This document shows positions 54,331 to 64,000 of a stretch of 64,000 nt of DNA, one piece after another. Made by a program: the position numbers and the translations under genes. Source of the stretch: Bdellovibrionales bacterium (GTDB lineage: Bacteria; Bdellovibrionota; Bdellovibrionia; Bdellovibrionales; UBA1609); NCBI GenBank assembly GCA_965199825.1, contig OZ241329.1, positions 320,001 through 384,000 on the forward strand. The letters are read 5' to 3'. Below the pieces are notes generated by a model that was not told the DNA's origin, ran no database searches, and was given only the letters and a program-made list of their open reading frames with translations. The stretch's first letter is position 1, and each line of letters starts with the position of its first letter.

Positions 54331-54699
54331 CTACTTGATTTCGACGGTCGCGCCGGCTTTGGTTAAAGCCTCTTTAATTTTGTTCGCTTCGTCTTTTGAA
54401 ACACCTTCTTTTAATGCTTTTGGCGCACTCTCAACAAGATCTTTTGCTTCTTTAAGACCCAAGCCAGTCAGTGCTCGGACTTCTTTGATCGCATTGATTT
54501 TGTTTGCTCCAGCACTTGTTAGAATTACGGTGAATTCAGTTTGTGCTTCAGCAGGTGCAGCAGCAGCACCAGGTGCAGCAGCCATTGCCATTGGAGCAGC
54601 GGCGCTTACGCCCCACTTTTCTTCAAGAGTTTTGATCATTTCAGCCAATTCGATAACTGGCATGTTGGATAGGAACGTGACGACTTCTTCTTTGTTCAT
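54331..54699 (-). CDS. rplL: 50S ribosomal protein L7/L12
   Basis: [11 protein letters not shown], Ala-rich hinge, [11 protein letters not shown]. Confidence 0.97.
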   Translation of the reverse strand: MNKEEVVTFLSNMPVIELAEMIKTLEEKWGVSAAAPMAMAAAPGAAAAPAEAQTEFTVILTSAGANKINAIKEVRALTGLGLKEAKDLVESAPKALKEGVSKDEANKIKEALTKAGATVEIK

Positions 54700-54720
54700 T
54701 GTTACTCCTCTAAATAATTT

Positions 54721-55242
54721 TTAAGATTTTTGTTCTTTGTAAGCATTCAAGACTCGCGCAAAACCAGCTGGGACCGCCTGCATTGTGCCTAACAACTTGG
54801 TCATTGGAGCTTGCAGGGTTCCGAGCAACTGCGCACGCAATTGATCTTTACCAGGCAATGTCGCCAAATAGTTGATCTGGGCTTCACTTAGGTTTTTACC
54901 TTCCATTACGCCTGACTTGACTTGCAGGGTTTCCATTTCTTTTTGGAAACCTTGAAGCAATTTTGCAGACGCACTGGGGTCGGCATAAGAAAACACAATG
55001 GCGTTTGTACCGACCAAAGAATCGCTAAATTCTTTATAGTCCGGTTTATCCATCACGGCTCTCATTGCCAGCGTGTTGCGAACGACCTTCATTTCAGATT
55101 CAATTGGGCCGAGTGACTTTCTAATTTTTGTCACTTGTTCCACATTTAAGCCTTTGTAATCGACTAAAAATGCGGCTTTGGCTCGATCAAACCGTCCTGA
55201 GAGGTCGGTGATCTCTTGTGCTTTACGCTCTTTTGTCATCAT
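54721..55242 (-). CDS. rplJ: 50S ribosomal protein L10
   Basis: DYKGLNV, KVVRNTL, LATLP; position. Confidence 0.95.
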   Translation of the reverse strand: MMTKERKAQEITDLSGRFDRAKAAFLVDYKGLNVEQVTKIRKSLGPIESEMKVVRNTLAMRAVMDKPDYKEFSDSLVGTNAIVFSYADPSASAKLLQGFQKEMETLQVKSGVMEGKNLSEAQINYLATLPGKDQLRAQLLGTLQAPMTKLLGTMQAVPAGFARVLNAYKEQKS

Positions 55243-55289
55243 AAGCGATACACCTCCTTTTTCCCGTAAATTGTTGCGCGTTCAGAACT

Positions 55290-55380
55290 CACGAGAGGAG
55301 ATGTATAAACAAATCCTCGCTCGTCTCGGCGGGCGGAAAATCCATTATGCTTTAAGCACCACGCTATCTGTGACCGCGAT
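55290..55380 (-). promoter_or_regulatory. L10 leader-like autoregulatory RNA
   Basis: Minus strand GTCACAGATAGCG...GCTTAAAGC...CGCCGAGAC resembles the L10 leader core and lies between rplA and rplJ. Confidence 0.65.
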
Positions 55381-55401
55381 CGTTTCATAAAAATCATTCT
55401 C

Positions 55402-56106
55402 CTAGCTGACAAGGCTCTGAGTTTGACTCAAATCCATTCGAACTCCAGGACCCATGGTCGAGGAAATAGTAATACCAAGCAAATAATTGCCTTTGCTTGT
55501 TTGGGGTTTTGCTTTGAGCAATGCCGCCATCAGCGTGAGGTAGTTTTCTTTTAATTTATCTGCACCCATTGATTTGCGACCGACTACAGCATGCACAGTG
55601 CCAGCTTTGTCCACCCTAAAATCAAGTTTTCCCTTTTTTTCTGCGGTGACCGCAGCTTCCACGTTCATGGTGACAGTTCCGACTTTGGGGTTCGGCATTA
55701 AACCTCGAGGACCCAAAATCTTTGCAACTTTACTTACCGTTGCCATCATGTCTGGTGTGGCAATGCACTTATCAAAATCCAACCAACCACCTTGAATTTT
55801 AGCTACCAAATCGTCAGAGCCAACAACATCGGCACCCGCTTTTTTGGCTTCTTCTTCTTTGGGGCCTTTTGCAAACACAACCACGCGAACGTTTTTGCCC
55901 AAACCATTTGGTAAGGACACTGCTCCGCGAACTTGTTGATCGGATTGCTTTGGATCAACACCGAGATTGATTGCAACGTCGATGGCTTCGTCAAATTTTG
56001 CTTTGGCGCATTCGACAACTAACTTGAACGCTTCATCGACCGCGTAGCGTTGATTGCGATCGATTGATTCTAATGATTTTTTATAAGCCTTACTTTGTTT
56101 AGCCAT
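55402..56106 (-). CDS. rplA: 50S ribosomal protein L1
   Basis: [37 protein letters not shown]. Confidence 0.97.
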   Translation of the reverse strand: MAKQSKAYKKSLESIDRNQRYAVDEAFKLVVECAKAKFDEAIDVAINLGVDPKQSDQQVRGAVSLPNGLGKNVRVVVFAKGPKEEEAKKAGADVVGSDDLVAKIQGGWLDFDKCIATPDMMATVSKVAKILGPRGLMPNPKVGTVTMNVEAAVTAEKKGKLDFRVDKAGTVHAVVGRKSMGADKLKENYLTLMAALLKAKPQTSKGNYLLGITISSTMGPGVRMDLSQTQSLVS

Positions 56107-56107
56107 A

Positions 56108-56533
56108 TTACCCTACAACCTCTAAGCCCATGCTGCGGGCGGTTCCGATCACCTGACTTGCGGCGGCCTCGACTGTCATGCAGTTGAGATCGGGAAGTTT
56201 GGTTTTCGCGATTTCATTGATTTGCGCCATTGTCACTTTGCCCACTTTATCTTTTTGTGGGGTTTTTGATCCGCTCTCAACTTTTGAAGCTTTCTTCAAA
56301 AGAATCGAAACGGGCGCGGTTTTGGTAATGAAGGTAAACGTTCTGTCTGAGTAAACAGTAATAATAACGGGCACGATGGTATCACCCATCTTTTGCGTGC
56401 GCGCATTAAACTGCTTACAAAATTCCATAATGTTTACCCCTTGCTGCCCGAGCGCCGGTCCAACGGGAGGAGCTGGATTTGCCTTCCCTGCCGGTATTTG
56501 TAACTTGATGTAACCTGTAATCTTACGAGCCAT
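56108..56533 (-). CDS. rplK: 50S ribosomal protein L11
   Basis: [22 protein letters not shown]. Confidence 0.97.
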   Translation of the reverse strand: MARKITGYIKLQIPAGKANPAPPVGPALGQQGVNIMEFCKQFNARTQKMGDTIVPVIITVYSDRTFTFITKTAPVSILLKKASKVESGSKTPQKDKVGKVTMAQINEIAKTKLPDLNCMTVEAAASQVIGTARSMGLEVVG

Positions 56534-56572
56534 TTGCCCACTCCTAAAAACAGTTGGGGTTAATTAAATCTT

Positions 56573-57121
56573 TTAAGCTTTTTCTACTTGAACAAAATCG
56601 AGTTCGACTGGAGTTGGTCTTCCAAAAATACTGACCAACACTTTTACTTTTCCTTTTTCTTGATTAATTTCTTCGACGGTTCCATTGAAATTGCTGAACG
56701 GACCATCGACGACCATCACACTCTCACCCATAACAAATTTGACTTTTGGTTTGGGTTTTTCTGCTCCACTTTCCATTTGCTGAGTCACACGCATCACTTC
56801 ATTTTCGGGAACTTCGGGAGGACGGGTTTTTCCACCAACGAATCCGCTAACCTTTGAAGCATTTTTGACCAGGTGCCAAGTTTCGTCCGTCAGGTGCATA
56901 TTCACAAAAATATATCCGGGAAAAAACTTACGAGAGCGTGTTGCTTTTTTACCTTTGACCAGTTCCACCACATTTTCGGATGGAATCAGAATATCGCCGA
57001 TCATCTGATCTAATTTTTGCGATTTTGAGCGCTCCTCAATAGAAGCTTTTGCGGTGTTTTCGCAACCTGTTTGGGTGTTTACGATATACCATTTTTTATC
57101 CGATGCTGCTTTGGTTTCCAC
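56573..57121 (-). CDS. nusG: Transcription factor NusG
   Basis: [29 protein letters not shown]. Confidence 0.97.
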   Translation of the reverse strand: METKAASDKKWYIVNTQTGCENTAKASIEERSKSQKLDQMIGDILIPSENVVELVKGKKATRSRKFFPGYIFVNMHLTDETWHLVKNASKVSGFVGGKTRPPEVPENEVMRVTQQMESGAEKPKPKVKFVMGESVMVVDGPFSNFNGTVEEINQEKGKVKVLVSIFGRPTPVELDFVQVEKA

Positions 57122-57132
57122 AAGATCGCTTT

Positions 57133-57510
57133 CTATTTCACAATCAGTTTAATGAATTCGCCCGAAATCAAATCGTAGAGCCCAAAGAAAACTCCCGCGG
57201 TCATCAGCATCATACAAACGACCATTGTCATTGCGGTTGTATCTTTTCTTGAGGGCCAAACGACCTTTCGAACTTCGGTCACACACTCATCGGCCCATAC
57301 CCAAATTTTTCGGTTAAATTGGAGGATCAAAAATGTGAGCACACCCACTGCCACCGGCAAGATATGCTGAACGGCAGGTTGGCTATTAAACTGAGCGACC
57401 ATCGGCAGCTGGGTTGCCAAAGCTTTTACTATCATCTCGATGACGAGGGCTGATAACAAACCGGCGATGACAAAACAGACCGTGATAATCTTGTTATTGT
57501 TTTTTTCCAA
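57133..57510 (-). CDS. secE: Preprotein translocase SecE (3-TM type)
   Basis: [16 protein letters not shown] start at 57510 with GAGGAG RBS (the ORF-track start lies inside tRNA-Trp). Confidence 0.93.
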   Translation of the reverse strand: MEKNNNKIITVCFVIAGLLSALVIEMIVKALATQLPMVAQFNSQPAVQHILPVAVGVLTFLILQFNRKIWVWADECVTEVRKVVWPSRKDTTAMTMVVCMMLMTAGVFFGLYDLISGEFIKLIVK

Positions 57511-57530
57511 ACTCTCACTCCTCAAAAAAT

Positions 57531-57606
57531 TGGCAGGGCAGGAGGGATTCGAACCCACAACCTACGGATTTGGAGTCCGCCGCTCTACCGTTAGAGCTAC
57601 TACCCT
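57531..57606 (-). tRNA. tRNA-Trp (CCA)
   Basis: Cloverleaf AGGGTAG...GCGGA-CTCCAAA-TCCGT...GGTTCGAATCC...GCCA. Confidence 0.95.
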
Positions 57607-57615
57607 ACAAATAGC

Positions 57616-57645
57616 TTTGGGGACCCTCTTTTTTGAGTCCCCAAA
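57616..57645 (-). other. Hairpin between tuf and tRNA-Trp (processing site or weak terminator)
   Basis: TTTGGGGAC / GTCCCCAAA inverted repeat; no strong U-tract. Confidence 0.45.
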
Positions 57646-57680
57646 ACTTTGATTTCAACAATGAAACGGGATTAAGAACA

Positions 57681-58871
57681 TCAGTCCTTAATTTCAACAA
57701 CCACTCCCGCACCAACGGTACGACCACCTTCGCGGATGGCGAATCGCAATTCTTTTTCCATTGCGATGGGTCCGATGAGCTCAACTTCCATTTCAACACG
57801 ATCTCCAGGCATAACCATTTCTGTTCCTGCTTTGAGAGTTACGACGCCTGTGACGTCTGTTGTGCGAAAATAAAATTGGGGGCGATAACCATTGAAAAAT
57901 GGAGTGTGACGTCCACCCTCTTCTTTTGTAAGAACGTAAGCTTCGCAACGAAATTTTTTGTGTGGAGTGATTGAACCGGGCATCGACAAAACTTGTCCAC
58001 GCTCAACTTCTTCTTTTTTGGTACCGCGAAGTAAACAACCTGCGTTGTCTCCAGCACGACCTTCATCAAGAAGTTTGCGGAACATTTCGATTCCGGTCAC
58101 GGTAGTTTTTTGAGTGGGTCGAAGTCCAACGATCTCAACTTCTTGGCCAATTTTGATAATTCCACGCTCAATACGACCAGTCACAACAGTTCCACGACCA
58201 GAGATCGAGAACACATCCTCAACAGGCATCAAAAATGGCTTATCGACCGCACGAGTAGGTTCAGGGATGTAAGCATCTACTGCATCCATCAATCTGAAAA
58301 TCGAAGGCTCACCCACATCGCTGGAATCGCCATTCAATGCTTTGAGTGCTGATCCTTTAACTATTGGGATGGTGTCGCCAGGGAATTCGTATTTTGATAA
58401 GAGTTCACGAACTTCGAGCTCAACAAGCTCAAGCAATTCGGCATCATCAACCATATCGACTTTATTTAAAAACACAACAACAGCTGGAACACCAACCTGA
58501 CGAGCAAGCAAAATATGTTCGCGAGTTTGTGGCATTGGTCCGTCAGCCGCGGAAACAACAAGAATTGCACCATCCATTTGGGCTGCACCCGTGATCATGT
58601 TTTTTACATAATCGGCGTGTCCAGGACAATCAACGTGAGCATAATGGCGGTTTTTGGTTTCGTACTCCACGTGTGCAGTGGAAATTGTGATTCCGCGCTC
58701 ACGCTCTTCAGGAGCTTTATCGATCATATCGTAAGCCATCGCTTTTGCACCACCCGCTTTGGCTAAAACCGTAGTGATAGCAGCTGTCAGTGTTGTTTTG
58801 CCATGATCCACGTGACCAATGGTCCCGATGTTCACATGAGGTTTATTACGCTCGAACTTTTCTTTGGACAT
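57681..58871 (-). CDS. tuf: Elongation factor Tu
   Basis: [37 protein letters not shown]. Confidence 0.98.
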   Translation of the reverse strand: MSKEKFERNKPHVNIGTIGHVDHGKTTLTAAITTVLAKAGGAKAMAYDMIDKAPEERERGITISTAHVEYETKNRHYAHVDCPGHADYVKNMITGAAQMDGAILVVSAADGPMPQTREHILLARQVGVPAVVVFLNKVDMVDDAELLELVELEVRELLSKYEFPGDTIPIVKGSALKALNGDSSDVGEPSIFRLMDAVDAYIPEPTRAVDKPFLMPVEDVFSISGRGTVVTGRIERGIIKIGQEVEIVGLRPTQKTTVTGIEMFRKLLDEGRAGDNAGCLLRGTKKEEVERGQVLSMPGSITPHKKFRCEAYVLTKEEGGRHTPFFNGYRPQFYFRTTDVTGVVTLKAGTEMVMPGDRVEMEVELIGPIAMEKELRFAIREGGRTVGAGVVVEIKD

Positions 58872-58965
58872 TTTGCTTCACTCCTTATCGATGCCTGAAT
58901 TTTTCGCGCGAAAAATTCGTGATTATAAAAACATTTTTAAAACTCGTACACAGTCAGCCCAAAAG

Positions 58966-59040
58966 TGGAGCCCATGGTGAGACTCGAACTCACGACCTCA
59001 CCCTTACCAAGGGTGTGCTCTACCCCTGAGCCACATGGGC
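58966..59040 (-). tRNA. tRNA-Thr (GGT)
   Basis: Anticodon arm CACCC-TTGGTAA-GGGTG, GTTCGAG T-loop, CCA end. Confidence 0.95.
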
Positions 59041-59045
59041 CTAAA

Positions 59046-59122
59046 TGGAGCGGGAGACGGGTCTCGAACCCGCAACCCTCAGCTTGGAAGGCTGATACTC
59101 TAGCCAATTGAGCTACTCCCGC
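59046..59122 (-). tRNA. tRNA-Gly (TCC)
   Basis: GCGGGAG acceptor stem, TCAGC-CTTCCAA-GCTGA, CCA end. Confidence 0.95.
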
Positions 59123-59162
59123 CACAAACCTAAAACTATGGCCTCCATCGCCCCTAAATACA

Positions 59163-59248
59163 TGGTGGAGAGAGTAGGATTCGAACCTACGTAGGCGTGA
59201 GCCAACGGATTTACAGTCCGTCCCCTTTAGCCACTCGGGCATCTCTCC
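59163..59248 (-). tRNA. tRNA-Tyr (GTA)
   Basis: ACGGA-CTGTAAA-TCCGT, long variable arm, ACCA end. Confidence 0.95.
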
Positions 59249-59325
59249 ATCGGGCTACAATTTCCTTTTTTTAGGCTCCTTCAGACCGCCCGTTGACGGA
59301 AGATCTCAAGGAGAATAAAAAACTT

Positions 59326-59401
59326 TGGAGCTGGTTATGGGACTCGAACCCGCAACCTGCTGATTACAAATCAGCTGCTCTACCAATTGAGCTAAACCAG
59401 C
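59326..59401 (-). tRNA. tRNA-Thr (TGT)
   Basis: CTGA-TTTGTAA-TCAG, GGTTCGAGTCC, CCA end. Confidence 0.95.
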
Positions 59402-59411
59402 TTACGCGTAA

Positions 59412-59447
59412 CCCGCACATTTACTTGAATGCTAATCGTTGAGTCAA
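59412..59447 (-). promoter_or_regulatory. Possible sigma70 promoter of the tRNA-tuf operon
   Basis: TTGACT overlapping the rlmB stop, AT-rich GTAAAT 17 nt later, then GC-rich GTGCGGG. The -10 match is weak. Confidence 0.35.
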
Positions 59448-60166
59448 AGATTATTCCACTGCCGCGCTGTTTCGGAAATCGCAATTGCGGTTGCGACCGA
59501 AGCATTGAAACTCGCTGATGAATCTGTCTGTCGAATAGAAACAAGTTCGTCGCACACATTTGCACATGTTTTTCTAAGGCCGGAGTCTTCAGATCCCACA
59601 ACCCAAATTACTTTTTTGGGCAGTTCTAATTGCCACAGTTCCTGTTTTCCCTGATGAGCGAGACCATAAATCCAAAAATCGTGTTTTTTTATCTCTTCGA
59701 GTGTTTGAGGCAGATTGTGAACAACTTCGATGGCCACATGCTCTGCCCCACCTGATGCTACTTTAGCAACGGTTGCGGTCAATTGAGCACTACGACGTTC
59801 GGGTACAAACACTGCTTTGGCGCCAAACAGCCAAGCTGTTCTTAAAACCGCTCCCAAATTATGGGGATCTTCGACCTCGTCGAGCGCCACCAACAGCATT
59901 TGTTCGCTGTCGAGAGTTTTGTAATCAAACTTTGGCGACTCATCTAAAAAAATGCAAAGGCCTTGATGACCACTGCCGATGCGGTCCAAGTTGCGATCAC
60001 TTTGTTCTTTGATCACAATTTTTTTGGCTTTTGCAAAATCGGCCCAAACTTTGAGTTGTGCCGAACGCTCAAAGCCGGTTTTGAGCCAAATTTCTTTGAT
60101 GGCACGAGGACGTATTTTTTTGGCTTCAAGACAGGCATGAAGACCGATTACCGCTCGTAGACTCAT
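59444..60166 (-). CDS. rlmB: 23S rRNA 2'-O-methyltransferase RlmB (SpoU/TrmH family)
   Basis: HQG, DEVEDPHNLGAVLRTA, KVASGG, VGSEDSGL, SFNASVA. Confidence 0.88.
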   Translation of the reverse strand: MSLRAVIGLHACLEAKKIRPRAIKEIWLKTGFERSAQLKVWADFAKAKKIVIKEQSDRNLDRIGSGHQGLCIFLDESPKFDYKTLDSEQMLLVALDEVEDPHNLGAVLRTAWLFGAKAVFVPERRSAQLTATVAKVASGGAEHVAIEVVHNLPQTLEEIKKHDFWIYGLAHQGKQELWQLELPKKVIWVVGSEDSGLRKTCANVCDELVSIRQTDSSASFNASVATAIAISETARQWNNL

Positions 60167-60831
60167 TTGAGAGACTCAAAAATCATTTTGGCTTTGGCGA
60201 CTGGGTCTGCGGCGGACAATATAGGCCTGCCGATCACGAGGCACGACGCTCCCTCGGCCATTGCTTGTTGAGGGGTCAGAGTTCGGGACTGATCGTTTTT
60301 TTGATCCTCGTCGAGTCGAATTCCGGGTGTAACAAGAAAACTTTGAGAAAATTTTTGGCGCAAGTTTTTAACCTCATGGGGTGAACATACGAGACCTTGA
60401 ATTCCAGATTCGATCGTAAGTCTTGCAAGCTCTTCAACCTGCTGAGCGATTGGAATTTGCCGTAAAAAATTCGGCAATGTCTCTTGGGTAAAACTTGTTA
60501 ACACAGTTACCGCCAATATTTTTACTGATTTTATTTTTTGCAATGCTTCGAGGGCTGTGGGACCTGCTGCTGCATGGACCGTCACATAGTGGGCGCCAAC
60601 CTCAGCGCAGGCCTCAACAGCTGCGACCATGGTAGATGGAATATCAAAAAATTTAAAATCGATAAACAATGGGGCTAATTTTGCGAGAGATCGAGTGAGC
60701 TCTGGGCCACCTCGAAAAGCCAAACGTGGTCCGATTTTAAAACCACCCACATAAGGTAAAACTTTTTGGGCAAGATCCAATGCCTCTTTTGGTGAATCAA
60801 GATCGAGAGCTAAAAATGTGGGACTTTTCAA
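60163..60831 (-). CDS. pyrF: Orotidine-5'-phosphate decarboxylase
   Basis: LALD, DFKFFDIPST, VTVLTS, VTPGIR, VIGRPI. Confidence 0.95.
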   Translation of the reverse strand: MKSPTFLALDLDSPKEALDLAQKVLPYVGGFKIGPRLAFRGGPELTRSLAKLAPLFIDFKFFDIPSTMVAAVEACAEVGAHYVTVHAAAGPTALEALQKIKSVKILAVTVLTSFTQETLPNFLRQIPIAQQVEELARLTIESGIQGLVCSPHEVKNLRQKFSQSFLVTPGIRLDEDQKNDQSRTLTPQQAMAEGASCLVIGRPILSAADPVAKAKMIFESLK

Positions 60832-62555
60832 ATTTGGACCAACGGCAACAGACTTAACACTTTTTGAACAACCTCTTCAGGAGAAACCGAATCAACAGTT
60901 TTTGTTTTACGGGTGATGATCTCGATTTTATTATTTTGTAAGCCCCGTGACCCAATATTGATACGAACCGGAAATCCAAGCAGATCAGCATCCTTAAATT
61001 TGACCCCAGGCCGCTCGTCGCGATCATCTACAAAAACATCGATCTTATGTTTTTGGAGGCCTTGAACTATTGAATCGGACAATGTGGAGGCCGAAGAATC
61101 TTGCGGATCTAACAGCGCAATATGCACATGAAAAGGAGCAATCGAGGGAGGCCAAATAATTCCATCTTTATCGTGACTCTGCTCGACTGCGGCTTGAACT
61201 GTACGACTAATGCCAATCCCGTAGCAGCCCATTTCGATGGGTTTGAGTTGGGAGTCGATATCAAGAAATTGAGCCCCCATCGCCTTAGAATATTTTGTGC
61301 CTAAATAAAAAATGTGGCCAACTTCGATGCCGCGAATGGATTTAAGAACCCCTTCGCCTTGAGGGTTTTTATCGCCGTCTTTGGTCATGCGCAGATCAAC
61401 ATATTTTTGAACAGAGTAATCTCGAGGCGTATTGACGTTTTTAAGATGGAAATTATCTTTGTTTGCACCCACGATAATGTTTGTGAGTCCTTTGAGAGAT
61501 TGATCGGCATAAACAGGAATTGTTAACCCAACCGGGCCGCAACTTCCTGGCGATGCCCCACAAGCCGCTTTGACCTCTTGATCATTGAGCATGTTTGGCG
61601 GTTCACTTAAGCCCAACAGGTTTTTTATTTTGATGGGGTTGAGTTCATCTGAGCCTCTTAAAAGAATCGCAATTGGTTTTAGGTTTTTTGGATCATTGCT
61701 CGCCGAGAAAAATAAGGTTTTTACCAAAGAGTGCTCGGGTAATTTTAAAAACTTCGACAAGTCGCTAATGGTGCGGAGATTGGGAGTTGCGAATTCCTCG
61801 ATAGAAAGTTCGGGGCCTTGGACGGCTTGGGGAGTTGAATCGATTGCGGGACAGACCTCGGCATTTGCGGCAAAGTCATCATCTCCCACAAACAGCTGAT
61901 CTTCGCCGCTCTGAGCAAGCACATGAAATTCTTGCGAATGATCGCCGCCGATATTGCCCGCATCGGCAGTGACGATGCGAAATTCTAAGCCCAAACGCTC
62001 AAAGATTTTTTGATACGCATCCTTGAGGAGATGATAACTCTCCATCGCTTTTTGGGGGGTGGTATCAAAGCTATAGCCATCTTTCATAATAAATTCGCGG
62101 CCACGCATCAGACCAAAACGTGGTCGAATTTCATCACGAAATTTTGCCTGAATTTGATACAGTATAAATCCAAGATCGCGGTAGCTCTTGACGTCTTTTC
62201 GAACAAAATCGGTGACCACTTCTTCGTGAGTAGCACCCAAACAAAAATCGTGTCCGCTGCGATTTTTCATTTTTTGGAGGCCGTCGCCCATTTGTTCCCA
62301 GCGGTTGGTTTCTTGCCAAAGTTCTTTGGGTTGGACCATCGGCATTAAAAGTTCTTGGCAGCCTTTGGCATCGAGCTCTTCGCGCACAATATTTTCGAAT
62401 TTTTTTAATGCCCGCAACATCATCGGCCCATAGGTAAAAATACCGGGTGCGACTTTGCGTATAAACCCTGCGCGAATCAGCAGGATATGACTTGGAATTT
62501 CTGCGTCACTGGGCGCATTTTTGAGAGTAAATAAAAAACTTTTTGACCATTTCAT
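60828..62555 (-). CDS. proS: Prolyl-tRNA synthetase (with editing domain)
   Basis: ATHEE, KFRDEIRPRFGLMRGREF, GIEVGHIF, MGCYGIGISR, PGVKFKDADLLG. Confidence 0.97.
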   Translation of the reverse strand: MKWSKSFLFTLKNAPSDAEIPSHILLIRAGFIRKVAPGIFTYGPMMLRALKKFENIVREELDAKGCQELLMPMVQPKELWQETNRWEQMGDGLQKMKNRSGHDFCLGATHEEVVTDFVRKDVKSYRDLGFILYQIQAKFRDEIRPRFGLMRGREFIMKDGYSFDTTPQKAMESYHLLKDAYQKIFERLGLEFRIVTADAGNIGGDHSQEFHVLAQSGEDQLFVGDDDFAANAEVCPAIDSTPQAVQGPELSIEEFATPNLRTISDLSKFLKLPEHSLVKTLFFSASNDPKNLKPIAILLRGSDELNPIKIKNLLGLSEPPNMLNDQEVKAACGASPGSCGPVGLTIPVYADQSLKGLTNIIVGANKDNFHLKNVNTPRDYSVQKYVDLRMTKDGDKNPQGEGVLKSIRGIEVGHIFYLGTKYSKAMGAQFLDIDSQLKPIEMGCYGIGISRTVQAAVEQSHDKDGIIWPPSIAPFHVHIALLDPQDSSASTLSDSIVQGLQKHKIDVFVDDRDERPGVKFKDADLLGFPVRINIGSRGLQNNKIEIITRKTKTVDSVSPEEVVQKVLSLLPLVQI

Positions 62556-63850
62556 CCGAGATCGATTCCGTAGGCTTTAATTTTTCGATGAAGGTAACTG
62601 CGCTCAAGCCCGATAACTTCGGCGGTGCGACTGATGTTGCCATTGTTTTCAGAAATTTTCCTTAGGATAAATTCCTTTTCAAAATCGGCACGGGCTTCAC
62701 GAAAGGTAATGATCTCTTGAGAGTCGGTGGTTTCGATCAGCCCCGCAAATCTTAAATCTTCGACTGAAATCATCGGCTCAGAAATCAGAATGTAAAGACG
62801 CTCAACAAAATTATGGAGCTCACGAATATTTCCGAGCCATCTGTAATTGCTCAGGTTGACCAAAGATCCTTGGCTGAATTTTTTTAATTCATGCCCGCCT
62901 TCACGCACAAAGATTTCGCCAAAATGGGTGAGCAGTGCTGGGATATCATCCAAGTGTTCTCTTAAAGGAGGAATCTGGAGTGAATTCGATTTTAACATCA
63001 GATACAGTTGCTCAAGGAATTGCCCGCTTTGAACCTTTTGATATAAATCTGTTGAAGAGGTCGTAATGACTTTGAGATCAGGTTTTGAATTGAGAAATTC
63101 GATCAGCTTTTTTTGGCTCTCAAGCGTTAAAAACGAAATCTCTTCGAGCAGCAAAGTACCGCCGCTTGCGAGTTCACTTTTTGATTTGCTGATCACTTCG
63201 GTCACAGGTGTGATCAAGGGCCCAAAAATTTCGGCCAGCTGAAGTTCTTCGGGTCCACGACTGCAGCTGTATTCGACCAAATTTCTAGCCGCACGATGGG
63301 CAAGATAATGAATGTTGTGCGCCACCAAAGTTTTTCCAGAGCCGGGCTCCCCGAGGATTAAAACCGGGTCGTCATTTTGGGCGACTTGTGCAATTAAACT
63401 CTTTAGAGTTTTCATTTCGGCGGTCTCGCCGATCAAAGCCAAATTGCTACGAAGTTTGTTGAGCAAAGCCAACTTTTCGCGCTGCTCGTTTTGAAAACTA
63501 ATAATATTTTTAATTAAAATCGAAATCTTATCCATCGAAAGTGGTTTTTCGATGAAATCCCAAGCCCCATTTTTTACCGCTCGCACTGCGGTCTCGATCG
63601 TGCCGTGACCACTCATCACAATAAATTGGATTTTTGGTGCAATCTCTTTTGCTCGAGATAAAACATCGAGCCCATCAAGCTCGCCCGGCATCCAGATATC
63701 TAGAAAAACAATTTCTGGCGAATGCTGTTGAATAGCCTCAAGACCCGACAAGCCGTCACTCGCGGTTGTGACTTCGAAGCCATCGTCAGTCAGTGAAGCA
63801 TGCAAAACATCACGAATGGCTTTTTCATCATCAATGATCAGTAATTTCAT
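62552..63850 (-). CDS. NtrX-like response regulator (REC-AAA+-HTH) without GAFTGA
   Basis: IIDDE, LDIWMP, MSGHGTIETAV, GEPGSGKT, WLGNIRELHN, GLERSYLHRKIK. ATG at 63850. Confidence 0.88.
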   Translation of the reverse strand: MKLLIIDDEKAIRDVLHASLTDDGFEVTTASDGLSGLEAIQQHSPEIVFLDIWMPGELDGLDVLSRAKEIAPKIQFIVMSGHGTIETAVRAVKNGAWDFIEKPLSMDKISILIKNIISFQNEQREKLALLNKLRSNLALIGETAEMKTLKSLIAQVAQNDDPVLILGEPGSGKTLVAHNIHYLAHRAARNLVEYSCSRGPEELQLAEIFGPLITPVTEVISKSKSELASGGTLLLEEISFLTLESQKKLIEFLNSKPDLKVITTSSTDLYQKVQSGQFLEQLYLMLKSNSLQIPPLREHLDDIPALLTHFGEIFVREGGHELKKFSQGSLVNLSNYRWLGNIRELHNFVERLYILISEPMISVEDLRFAGLIETTDSQEIITFREARADFEKEFILRKISENNGNISRTAEVIGLERSYLHRKIKAYGIDLG

Positions 63851-64000
63851 TTGAGATCCTTTACGCAAAAGCTATTGGATTTAAATCACGAACCGGAAGT
63901 TCGATCACCATTTTTGTCCCTTGTGGGGGATGAGGCAAGGCGCGAATAAATCCATTGTGGTCTTCTATTGTGCGTTTAACTATTGCAAGTCCTAATCCAG

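Noticed and set aside
57511..57558. Extended secE N-terminus in the ORF track
   Set aside because: The start falls inside tRNA-Trp; the TTG at 57510 has a strong RBS.
58937..59242. 101-aa ORF on the minus strand
   Set aside because: It is a translation of the tRNA Tyr-Gly-Thr genes.
29797..63494. Numerous 60-160 aa antisense or alternate-frame ORFs over ribosomal, rpoBC, tuf and proS genes
   Set aside because: Shadow ORFs of conserved genes with no motifs; none resembles the missing L24, S14, S4, L33 or IF1.
1..64000. Frequent CGATCG/ATCGAT/TCGA words suggesting a HIP1-like repeat
   Set aside because: The full GCGATCGC is seen only a few times and codon usage (ATC GAT/GAA) can explain the rest; a k-mer test would be needed.
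1..64000. CRISPR arrays, IS elements, prophage genes, rRNA, cobalamin or SAM riboswitch
   Set aside because: No spaced direct repeats, recombinase motifs or rRNA seen; no intergenic space upstream of the Met module for a riboswitch.

Overview
Bacterial chromosome window, most likely Bdellovibrionota (inferred from the look of the RpoA N-terminus [17 protein letters not shown]18 and the gene order; not verified by search). Left part (1-29.7 kb): a mosaic surface-polysaccharide locus with GT4/GT8-like/GT9/GT2 glycosyltransferases, GT-C-like membrane proteins, AlgI/AlgJ-type O-acetylation, a CapK-like ligase, GalE, Wzm/Wzt and WcaJ. It contains two decayed genes; one is a GT2 that appears split by a ~6 kb insertion. 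Embedded in it, and translationally coupled to galE, is a three-gene methionine module: a YitJ-type HMT-MTHFR fusion whose HMT domain has lost all three Zn cysteines, a 2Fe-2S/ASKHA corrinoid activator (RACo/RamA type), and a MetH without its AdoMet reactivation domain. Right part (29.7-64 kb, minus strand): ntrX-proS-pyrF-rlmB, tRNA Thr-Tyr-Gly-Thr, tuf, tRNA-Trp, secE-nusG-rplKAJL-rpoBC, str, S10, spc and alpha clusters. rplX, rpsN, rpsD, rpmG, infA and map are missing from their usual positions, and the str EF-G has degenerate domain IV loops. No CRISPR array, transposase, integrase or rRNA was seen. All calls come from motif recognition by eye; no database search was run.
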